DNA of 32,000 bases, from assembly GCF_001457615.1 (NCBI RefSeq), contig NZ_LN831024.1:3120001-3152000 (forward strand), in the 5' to 3' direction. The DNA comes from Pseudomonas aeruginosa. Lineage in GTDB: Bacteria; Pseudomonadota; Gammaproteobacteria; Pseudomonadales; Pseudomonadaceae. A program made the position numbers and the translations under genes. This document shows positions 1-6,498 of the stretch, in pieces; the stretch's first letter is position 1; each line of letters begins with the position of its first letter. The notes below the pieces were generated by a model that was given only the letters and a program-made list of their open reading frames with translations, was not told where the DNA came from and ran no database searches.

Positions 1-662
1 AGCACCAGGTAGAGGTCGCCGTGCAACTCATCGCGGCGCCGGGCGATCTCGCGAGCCACGCCGAGCACTGCGAGCAGCGGTGCGCGGTCGTCGAGGAAGT
101 GCGCGGCGACGCAATCCTGGAAGTACAACGGGCGCCGCCACAGACGGTTGAGCACCACGCGGGTACCCGGTCGCACGCCCAGGTTCGCCAGCTCCTCGGC
201 GCTGCGCCGGGTGACCACGTGTACGTCGCGCCAGTGCACCGCGCCCGAGAGCACGTCGGAGCCCTGCGGCGACTCGCCGGTAGCATGCATGCTGCCGTAG
301 GACAGCACGCCGTCGAGTACCGCCTCGCCGGCCAGGATCTGTACCGGACAGACGCCGAAGCTCACCGGCTGGGCGCCGCCGAGCGCCACTACGCGCAGGG
401 TACCGTCGGCCTCGACGCGCTTGACGATCATGGCGATCTCGTCGAGGTGCGCGAGCAGCCGCACCGCGGCCCGCCGCGCCTGCTCGCGCGGCAGGTGCGG
501 CGGGCTGATGCGCGCGACCAGGTTGCCGGCGGCATCGCTGCCGACCTCGTCGCAACAGCCCTCGAGTTCCCGCTGGCAGATGGCCCTGACCTCGTCTTCC
601 TGGCCACCGGGGCCACGTGCCAGCAGGAGTTCCTCGAGCAAGGCGCGGTCTTCTTCGCGCAT
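1..662 (-). CDS. M42-family metallopeptidase / FrvX-like hydrolase. N-terminal ~220 aa only; the C-terminus lies beyond the window start.
   Basis: My own minus-strand translation starts at the ATG at c(660-662): MREEDRALLEELLLARGPGGQEDEVRAICQRELEGCCDEVGSDAAGNLVARI...LLAHLDEIAMIVKRVEADGTLRVVALGG. The frame stays open to the window edge, so it is absent from the ORF track. The pattern LL.EL...G..G.E.EVR / GNL.A / AH.DEI..MVK...DG.L matches the M42 N-terminal region as I remember it. The start lies 3 nt after the hemerythrin stop, suggesting one operon. Confidence 0.7.
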   Translation of the reverse strand, partial: MREEDRALLEELLLARGPGGQEDEVRAICQRELEGCCDEVGSDAAGNLVARISPPHLPREQARRAAVRLLAHLDEIAMIVKRVEADGTLRVVALGGAQPVSFGVCPVQILAGEAVLDGVLSYGSMHATGESPQGSDVLSGAVHWRDVHVVTRRSAEELANLGVRPGTRVVLNRLWRRPLYFQDCVAAHFLDDRAPLLAVLGVAREIARRRDELHGDLYLV

Positions 663-665
663 GCC

Positions 666-1136
666 TCAGGCCGCCCGTTTTTCCAGGCGCGCTTTCAGCT
701 CTTTCTTGTGCTGCTGCATGGCCTGGCCGAGTTGCTTGAGGGCGGCGGCGTCGAGCAATTGCCGGGCGCGTGGGAATAGTTCGCCCTCTTCCTCCTCGAT
801 GTGGTGTTCGAGGAGTTCCTTGAGCACCTTGACCCGGCCGGCGAACTGCACGGTATCCGGGCGGGTGCGCTTGAGGTCGGGAAGGACCAGGGAATCCACC
901 GTGCGGTGTTCCTCCTTGGCCTCGTAGTACATTTTCAGCTCTTCCTTGCCGCCGCTTTCCCTGATCGCCGGATAGAAGATGTCTTCCTCGATGGCGGTGT
1001 GCAGCACCAGTTCCAGCTCCAGCCTGCCCAGCAGCTCGCTGCGCTTCTTCAGCGCCCGTTCGGTGGTCTCGCTGAGTTCGTTGAGCAGTTTCTTCACGGT
1101 CTCGTGGTCATGGACCAGCAATTCGATGGCGTTCAT
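666..1136 (-). CDS. hemerythrin (HHE cation-binding) domain protein
   Basis: 156-aa ORF with repeated His/Glu ligand motifs: LVHDHETV, HTAIEEDIFYP, EEHRTVD, LEHHIEEEE. A GAGGAG RBS lies 5 nt upstream of the ATG. Codon usage is typical high GC3. Confidence 0.85.
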   Translation of the reverse strand: MNAIELLVHDHETVKKLLNELSETTERALKKRSELLGRLELELVLHTAIEEDIFYPAIRESGGKEELKMYYEAKEEHRTVDSLVLPDLKRTRPDTVQFAGRVKVLKELLEHHIEEEEGELFPRARQLLDAAALKQLGQAMQQHKKELKARLEKRAA

Positions 1137-1210
1137 GGTCGCTCCTCATCGGTTTGTTATCCGAGTGCTCCGGCACTCTCTCTGGCTGAGCGCGCGTTCC
1201 TCCGCCGAGT

Positions 1211-1420
1211 TCAGTCGCGAGGACGGGCGGTCGCCGCACGCGGGCCGGCGACCGCCCAGATCAGCACGCCGAGCACCGGCAGCACCGCGATCAGCAACGA
1301 CCACAGGGCTTTCGAATTCACGCTGCGATCGCTGCGGAACACGCTGACGAAGGCCCACAGGTCGTAGAAACCCACCAGCGTGGCCAGGCCGATGAGCAGG
1401 AAAGCCAGGGACTGGCTCAT
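1211..1420 (-). CDS. small two-helix membrane protein, PLDc_N (cardiolipin-synthase N-terminal) domain family
   Basis: I place the start at the internal ATG c(1418-1420), preceded by GAGGAGG. The track ORF beginning at 1600 is an Arg/Pro-rich extension that overlaps the upstream gene. The 69-aa product MSQSLAFLLIGLATLVGFYDLWAFVSVFRSD...ALWSLLIAVLPVLGVLIWAVAG has two hydrophobic helices and the ...LW...P..G...W motif typical of stand-alone PLDc_N proteins. Confidence 0.72.
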   Translation of the reverse strand: MSQSLAFLLIGLATLVGFYDLWAFVSVFRSDRSVNSKALWSLLIAVLPVLGVLIWAVAGPRAATARPRD

Positions 1421-1446
1421 GGCGCGCTCCTCCTCGCGGGGTCGGC

Positions 1447-1899
1447 TCAGGCGCGGGCGTCGCGCAGGGCTCGGACCCGGTCGTGGTGACGGAGTACGCC
1501 CTGGTATTGGCGCTCGATCACCTGGTGGATCTCCGCCGGCAGCGATTTTTCCAGCGCCGCCTGGTAGCGGTGCTTGGCGACATCCTCGCCGCGCTCGCAT
1601 TCGTTGAGCACCGCCTCTTCGTCCTTGCCGGTGACCAGTGACTTCAGGTCGACCCAGCGCCGATGCAGGTCACCGGCGAAACTGGTGCTGTCCTTGGGTT
1701 TGCCACCCAGTTCCAGGACGATCCGCTCCAGCTCGTCGGCGGCCGCGGCGCAGTCGCGGCTCTGCTCCAGCATCGCCGCCTTCAACTGCGGGTCGCGCAG
1801 GTCCTCGGCGCAGGCGTGGAAACCGGCCTCGCCATCCTTGCTGGTTTGCAGCAGGTCGTTGAGTACGTCGAGGGTGTCGTCGAGGTTGGTCTGGTTCAT
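1447..1899 (-). CDS. PA2169-family (DUF2383) ferritin-like four-helix-bundle protein
   Basis: I place the start at ATG c(1897-1899) with an AAGGAG RBS. The 394-aa track ORF is a spurious upstream extension. The 150-aa product begins MNQTNLDDTLDVLNDLLQTSKDGEAGFHACAEDL and includes ERGEDVAKHRYQAAL, matching the family. Confidence 0.85.
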   Translation of the reverse strand: MNQTNLDDTLDVLNDLLQTSKDGEAGFHACAEDLRDPQLKAAMLEQSRDCAAAADELERIVLELGGKPKDSTSFAGDLHRRWVDLKSLVTGKDEEAVLNECERGEDVAKHRYQAALEKSLPAEIHQVIERQYQGVLRHHDRVRALRDARA

Positions 1900-2024
1900 T
1901 TCGCTCTCCTTGGCCCGGAGCTGTCCGGGATTTCTCGCGTCTGTCGGCGCCGGCGCCTGCCGGCACGGAACGTGGGCAGCAACCAGCGCCCACGGAAGGT
2001 GGGAGGCTCGCCGTCGCGGAGCGT

Positions 2025-2801
2025 TCAGAAAGCCGGATGGATGGTGGCGTAGGCCGGGGTGATGCTGAGACGTTCGCCGACCACCATCTCGGTGATCCAG
2101 TCCACCAGGATCGAGGTATAGGCGTCCTGCGCCGCCTCGCTGCTGAGCGCATGGTCGGCGTGGTCGATGATCCGGTGGGTCAGCGAATGGGTCTGCTGGA
2201 AGGCGGCGCGGAAACTCATGATGGTCGAGTGCGGCACATAGCTGTCGAACTCCGACTCCACCAGCAGCACATCGCCGCGGAATCCCGCGCAGGCCTGCAG
2301 GGCTCGGTTGCTGGCGGCCGGGATCAGGCTGCTGCGGTATTCGCTGAGATCCTCGCGGTCGAGCAGCAGCTTGGGCGTCAGCCAATCCTCGTCGCGGTAG
2401 ATCGCCGGCACCCGCAAGGCCAGCCAGCGCACCGCGCGCAACTGGCTGAGGATCGCCGCCAGGTAGCCGCCATAGCTGGTGCCGACCACCGCGATCGCCT
2501 CGCTGTCGATGGCCGGGTGGGCCACCAGCCGGTCGTAGGCGGCGAGCAGGTCCTGCAGGTTGTCCTCGCGCGTCACCAGTGCCTGGCGCCCGCTTTCCGC
2601 GCCGTGGCCGCGAAGGTCGAAGGTCAGGCACACGCAGCCGAGCCCGGCGATGCCCTGGGCGCGCTTCAGGTCGCGCTGCTGGCTGCCGCCCCAGCCGTGC
2701 ACGAAGAGCACGCCGGGAACCTTCGCCCGGGGGCTGAGGAAGGTGCCTTCGATCCGGTCGTCGCCGACCCCGATGCGGATGCGTTCGCTGTTCGCCGTCA
2801 T
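2025..2801 (-). CDS. alpha/beta hydrolase with an S9/dienelactone-hydrolase-like catalytic domain
   Basis: 258 aa. The nucleophile elbow is GTSYGGY. The later Asp (ESEFDSYV) and His (IDHADHAL) are in Ser-Asp-His order. A GGGGGAGG RBS is present. The ATG overlaps the DUF3182 stop (ATGA at 2798-2801). Confidence 0.85.
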   Translation of the reverse strand: MTANSERIRIGVGDDRIEGTFLSPRAKVPGVLFVHGWGGSQQRDLKRAQGIAGLGCVCLTFDLRGHGAESGRQALVTREDNLQDLLAAYDRLVAHPAIDSEAIAVVGTSYGGYLAAILSQLRAVRWLALRVPAIYRDEDWLTPKLLLDREDLSEYRSSLIPAASNRALQACAGFRGDVLLVESEFDSYVPHSTIMSFRAAFQQTHSLTHRIIDHADHALSSEAAQDAYTSILVDWITEMVVGERLSITPAYATIHPAF

Positions 2802-3895
2802 GCCTCCCCCGTCATCGCATACTTGAGCAGGAAGTCGCCGTGTTCGTCGGGACCGCGGTAGATCACCCGGCTGTTGTCCGGCAGGCGCTTGTCTTCGTGG
2901 ATCTCGAACGACGCGGCGCGCACCGCGGGCAGCCCCGGATCGGCGCGGAAGGCTTCCAGCGCGGCGATCTCGGCGCTGCTCGCGCCGCCGACCCGCCAGG
3001 ACTGCTCGAGCACGCCGAAGCGCTCCCGACCGTTGCCGTCCCGGCCCTGGGCAATGTCGTAGTTGCGCCGCGAGGCGAAGCAGCCGGGGAAGAAGATCGC
3101 CGCGGCGGTGTCGAAGATCCGCGCGTACTCGATGGCCTGGCGCACCTCGCGGGCCAGGTCCAGGGCCAGCAGCTCGGCGTAGCCACCGCGCGCCACCAGC
3201 AGGTCGGAGCCGGCATAGACCAGTTCGCCGCGCGCGTTGCGGGTCTGGTGTTGGTGACCGTGGTAGCTCAGCAGGAAACCGTTGACCCGGAGCTGGCCGA
3301 CGCTGTGGGTGACGATGCTCTCCAGGTTGACTTCCAGTACCAGGCCCTGCGCCAACTGGCGCTCCTCCAGCTCGCCGAGCCAGCCGTCCAGTTCGTCGAG
3401 GTCGTGCGCCACGTACTGGCCGAGGCCGCCACAGGCCTCCGCCAGCTTGGCCCGCACCGGTCCTTCGGCGAGCATGCGAGCGCCGGCGCGGTGTGCGTCG
3501 GCCAGGCTGAAGACGCTGACGCCGTTGAGCACGACGTCGCGGACCTTCTCCGCGAACAGCGGGTTCCAGCCTTCCGGCGCCACGCCGCCGCGCGGCAGCG
3601 GATGGACGATGGCCTTACCGGCGATGAACGCGTGCTCGACGAAACCGCCGAGCAGATCTTCGTCACTGTTCACGCCCAGGCGCACGGCGGTCTCCCTGCC
3701 GACCAGGGTGCGGGTCGGGACCAGGTAGAGGGGGCCTCGCTGGTGCAATTCGGGTTCGTAGCGGCCGCCGAACTCCAGCTTCTGGACTTCCGCCAGCCAG
3801 CGCGCCAGGGCCAGGTTGCCCTGCACTTCGTGTTCGGCGGCCGCGGGATCGACACTATGGGCCACCACCAGTCTCTGCCGAGGGTCTGCGCTCAT
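2798..3895 (-). CDS. DUF3182 family protein, probably ATP-grasp-like fold
   Basis: 365-aa ORF with an AGGAGG RBS. The segments VRAKLAEACGGLGQYVAHDLDEL, GLVLEVNLES and GVLEQSWRVGGAS resemble the ATP-grasp K..G.GG.G, E-rich and LE.N.R.GG motifs. The fold assignment is my inference from these motifs. Confidence 0.8.
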   Translation of the reverse strand: MSADPRQRLVVAHSVDPAAAEHEVQGNLALARWLAEVQKLEFGGRYEPELHQRGPLYLVPTRTLVGRETAVRLGVNSDEDLLGGFVEHAFIAGKAIVHPLPRGGVAPEGWNPLFAEKVRDVVLNGVSVFSLADAHRAGARMLAEGPVRAKLAEACGGLGQYVAHDLDELDGWLGELEERQLAQGLVLEVNLESIVTHSVGQLRVNGFLLSYHGHQHQTRNARGELVYAGSDLLVARGGYAELLALDLAREVRQAIEYARIFDTAAAIFFPGCFASRRNYDIAQGRDGNGRERFGVLEQSWRVGGASSAEIAALEAFRADPGLPAVRAASFEIHEDKRLPDNSRVIYRGPDEHGDFLLKYAMTGEA

Positions 3896-3926
3896 GTTCC
3901 GCTCCTCCTGGATGGAAACCGGGCAT

Positions 3927-4106
3927 TCAGGGCTCCGGTATGGGCGAGAGGGGCTCTTCGTTGGGCTGTTCCATCGGAATCTCTTCCGGGAATTCCTGGG
4001 GGACGTGGCTTTCGTGGTCAGGAACCGGATATTCGTCCGGATCCCTCGAGGGGTTGCGTGGAGTGGTCGCTGTCGCGCCCGATGATGCAGAAGTGGGAAA
4101 ACGCAT
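3927..4106 (-). CDS. small acidic Pro/Glu-rich protein (59 aa), predicted disordered
   Basis: The ATG at c(4104-4106) lies 5 nt downstream of GGAGG. The gene ends 31 nt upstream of the DUF3182 start. Product: MRFPTSASSGATATTPRNPSRDPDEYPVPDHESHVPQEFPEEIPMEQPNEEPLSPIPEP. GC3 is only ~64% by my count, whereas neighbouring genes visibly use mostly G/C-ending codons, so coding status is uncertain. Confidence 0.45.
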   Translation of the reverse strand: MRFPTSASSGATATTPRNPSRDPDEYPVPDHESHVPQEFPEEIPMEQPNEEPLSPIPEP

Positions 4107-4182
4107 GTCCGCCTCCATCGTAGGGATGACTTCTAGATGGAGGGGGCGAAGACGGATTTGGTTCGGACCATGCGTCGGAAGG

Positions 4183-4207
4183 CCGGGTCGGCGACTGACC
4201 GACCCGG
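4183..4207 (-). terminator. candidate stem-loop terminator downstream of the DUF1652-like gene
   Basis: Perfect 9-bp inverted repeat CCGGGTCGG-7 nt-CCGACCCGG, beginning 17 nt after the stop at 4224. No U-tract follows, so the function is uncertain. Confidence 0.35.
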
Positions 4208-4223
4208 AGCTGAAACAGCCTGC

Positions 4224-4589
4224 TCAGCGAGCCAGGCTCATGGTACGCAGCTTGCCGCCGGCGACCAGGACCTTGCGATGAGTGAGATGCTGGTTGTCGC
4301 TGTCGCGGAACGTGAGCAGGTCGATGCGCTTGCGGAAATAGTCGCTGTCGCGCGTCTGCAACGGCCCCTGGTCGATGATCAGGTCCCGGCGGATGCGTTC
4401 CAGCACCTGGTTCAGCAACAGCGGGCTGCTCTGCTCCTGGCCGGAGATCGCCCGGCTCATCAGGCGCTTGCCCTGGTTATTACGCAAGGTCACCAGCAAC
4501 GCGCCGTCAGGGCGAGGTTCGCAACTGACGCGCACATCCTTGAAATGCTCTTCCAGGTACTCAACCACGTTTTCATCGGTATCTAGCAT
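4224..4589 (-). CDS. hypothetical protein, tentatively DUF1652-like
   Basis: 121-aa ORF with an AGGAGG RBS. The N-terminal half (VVEYLEEHFKDVRVSCEPRPDGALLVTLRNNQGKRL...NQVLERIRRDL) resembles the Pseudomonas DUF1652 pattern (..F....C.C...DG.L.V........R.I..L...R.EL) as I remember it. Confidence 0.65.
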   Translation of the reverse strand: MLDTDENVVEYLEEHFKDVRVSCEPRPDGALLVTLRNNQGKRLMSRAISGQEQSSPLLLNQVLERIRRDLIIDQGPLQTRDSDYFRKRIDLLTFRDSDNQHLTHRKVLVAGGKLRTMSLAR

Positions 4590-4956
4590 TGCTGGCCTCC
4601 TGTCTCATCAGATTCTTTGACGCCGGTAATCAGGCGCATCCCTTTCGAGCAGAAGGCGTACCAATTCTTCTTGAAAATTAATTTCTTATAAATCAATAGG
4701 TTGAAAAACAAAGCGGCGAATTGATATTTGCAATTTGCAAGAAAGCCCCTGCCGAGCCTTGCATTCGGCAACCCGTTGCGCCCGTCGTCTCGCCTGCAAC
4801 CCCCTGGCGCGGCTTCTCGCAAGCCGAGCCGCCGGTAAAAAAAACTAAACTTCCGGCGCTCCCCTCCGGTCACCCCTAGCAAGGACTTCGCCCATGCCAC
4901 GGCGCGACGGAGTCCGACCGACCAACGCCAAGGACAACGTACGACCGGAGGATGAC
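4590..4956. promoter_or_regulatory. divergent control region between the DUF1652-like gene and the glgA operon, including the glgA leader
   Basis: 367-bp gap with a sharp AT-rich core at about 4660-4745. A candidate sigma70-type promoter points toward glgA: TTGAAA (4701-4706), 16 nt, GATATT (4723-4728). Tandem TTTGCAA TTTGCAA lies at 4727-4740. The palindrome AAATTAATTT lies at 4675-4684. TTGAAAA is repeated at 4671 and 4701. Confidence 0.55.
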
Positions 4957-6498
4957 ATGGGACATTCTGTTGCAGGCGTTTGCCTGGAAGAACCCGCGGT
5001 ACTGACCGCTTTTCCGTCGCTGCTGCACCCGCAGGACCCGCCGCAACAGAGGGATCGGATACTCTTCGTTACCGCCGAGCTCAGCGATTTCGTCAAGGTC
5101 GGCGGACTCGGCGACTTTTCCGCCGCGCTGCCGAGGGTCCTCAAGCGCGAGCATTCGGTGCGAGTCCTGCTGCCCGGCTATCGCCAGGTGCTGGAGCGCT
5201 GCCGCGACTTGCGGATCATCGGCAGCCTGCCCGGCCGGGCGGCGATCCCGCCCTGCGAGATCGGCCTGGTGACCCTCGACGACGGCCTGGAAGTCATGCT
5301 GGTGCTCTGCCCGCTGCTCTACGAGCGCGAGGGTACGCCGTACATGGACGACCAGGGCAACGACTGGCCGGACAACCACCTGCGCTTCGCCCGCCTGTGC
5401 CTGGCCGCCGCCGAGATCGCCGGTGGACGCGGCGCCCAGGGCTGGCAACCGGGCCTGGTGCACGCCAACGACTGGCCGTCGGCGCTGACGCCGGCCTACA
5501 TGGCCTGGAACGGCGTGCGCACGCCGAGCCTGTTTACCATCCACAACCTCGCCTACCAGGGCCTCTGCGACCTGCAATGCAGCGCCGAACTGGGCCTCCC
5601 CGACGAAGCGCTGAGCCACGAAAGCATGGAGTTCCACGGGCGCCTGTCGTTCCTCAAGGCCGGCATCGCCCATGCCCACCACATCACCACGGTGAGCGAG
5701 ACCTACGCCCAGGAAATCACTACCCCGGAATACGGCTGCGGCCTGCACGGCATCCTCAAGTACAAGGTCGAGAAGCGTCAGCTCAGCGGCATCGTCAACG
5801 GTATCGACGATAGCTGGCAACCGCACTGCGATCCGCACCTGGTCGCCTGCTTCAGCGCCCGCCAATGGGCCGGCAAGCGCGCCAACACGCGCTACGTGGA
5901 GGAGCGTTTCGGCCTGGAGCCGGGCAAGGGGCCGCTGTTCGCGGTGGTCTCGCGCCTGGTGCAGCAGAAAGGCATCGACCTGACCCTGGAGATCAGCGAT
6001 GCCCTGCTCCAGGCCGGCGGCCGTCTGGTCAGCATCGGCCGTGGCGAGCCGAACCTGGAGAAGGCCATGCTCGAACTCGCCCGGCGTCATCCCGGCCAGG
6101 TCGGCGTGCACATCGGTTTCGACGAGACCGAGGCCCGCCGTATCTACGCCGGCAGCGACTTCCTGCTCATGCCCTCGCGTTATGAGCCCTGCGGGCTCAG
6201 TCAGCTCTATGCGCAATGCTTCGGCTCGCTGCCGATCGCGCGTTGCACCGGCGGCCTCGCCGATACCATCGTCGACGGGGTCACCGGCTTCCTGTTCCGT
6301 GAGGAAACCGCGCAGAGCTACCTCGATGCGGTGATGCGCGCGATCAACGTCTACCACTGTCCCTCGCTGCTCAACGCCATGCGCTGCAAGGCGATGGCCG
6401 CGCCGATGTTCTGGAGCGACTCGGTGGAGCCTTACAACCGCCTGTACCGGCGCCTGTTGAGGAATACCGCTCCGGCCCTGCGCGGGGTACGCCAGTGA
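4957..6498 (+). CDS. glgA: glycogen/alpha-glucan synthase (GT5 family)
   Basis: Contains ILFVTAELSDFVKVGGLGDF (the K.GGL motif), and the rest of the ORF reads as a GT5 glycogen synthase. I chose the ATG at 4957 (GGAGG 6 nt upstream, 513 aa). The in-frame ATG at 4894 (534 aa) cannot be excluded. Confidence 0.9.
   Translation: MGHSVAGVCLEEPAVLTAFPSLLHPQDPPQQRDRILFVTAELSDFVKVGGLGDFSAALPRVLKREHSVRVLLPGYRQVLERCRDLRIIGSLPGRAAIPPCEIGLVTLDDGLEVMLVLCPLLYEREGTPYMDDQGNDWPDNHLRFARLCLAAAEIAGGRGAQGWQPGLVHANDWPSALTPAYMAWNGVRTPSLFTIHNLAYQGLCDLQCSAELGLPDEALSHESMEFHGRLSFLKAGIAHAHHITTVSETYAQEITTPEYGCGLHGILKYKVEKRQLSGIVNGIDDSWQPHCDPHLVACFSARQWAGKRANTRYVEERFGLEPGKGPLFAVVSRLVQQKGIDLTLEISDALLQAGGRLVSIGRGEPNLEKAMLELARRHPGQVGVHIGFDETEARRIYAGSDFLLMPSRYEPCGLSQLYAQCFGSLPIARCTGGLADTIVDGVTGFLFREETAQSYLDAVMRAINVYHCPSLLNAMRCKAMAAPMFWSDSVEPYNRLYRRLLRNTAPALRGVRQ

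Noticed and set aside
1163-1178. Small hairpin GAGTGC-TCCG-GCACTC between the PLDc_N gene and the hemerythrin gene.
   Set aside because: The stem is only 6 bp with no U-tract, and it lies within a 73-nt gap that otherwise looks like a simple operon spacer. This is insufficient to call a terminator.
1946-1994. 12-bp palindrome GGCGCCGGCGCC (1946-1957) and hairpin CGTGGGC-10 nt-GCCCACG (1971-1994) upstream of the four-helix-bundle gene.
   Set aside because: GC-only palindromes of this size are expected by chance at this composition. No matching half-sites or promoter hexamers were found to support an operator call.
4590-4760. The AT-rich island as a remnant of a mobile element or horizontally acquired insert.
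   Set aside because: It is only ~100-170 bp long and has no flanking direct or inverted repeats, integrase or transposase. It sits exactly where divergent promoters are expected.
4847-4874. AlgU-like promoter AAACTT-17 nt-TCACC in the glgA leader.
   Set aside because: The -35 element is good, but the -10 element matches only 2 of 5 positions of TCTGA. This is weaker than the sigma70-like candidate at 4701-4728.
4583-4900. 105-aa minus-strand ORF spanning the AT-rich glgA upstream region.
   Set aside because: It runs through the intergenic promoter region with no RBS and an erratic composition (a Lys/Phe-rich AT core flanked by Gly/Arg-rich sequence). It also overlaps the start of the well-supported DUF1652-like gene.
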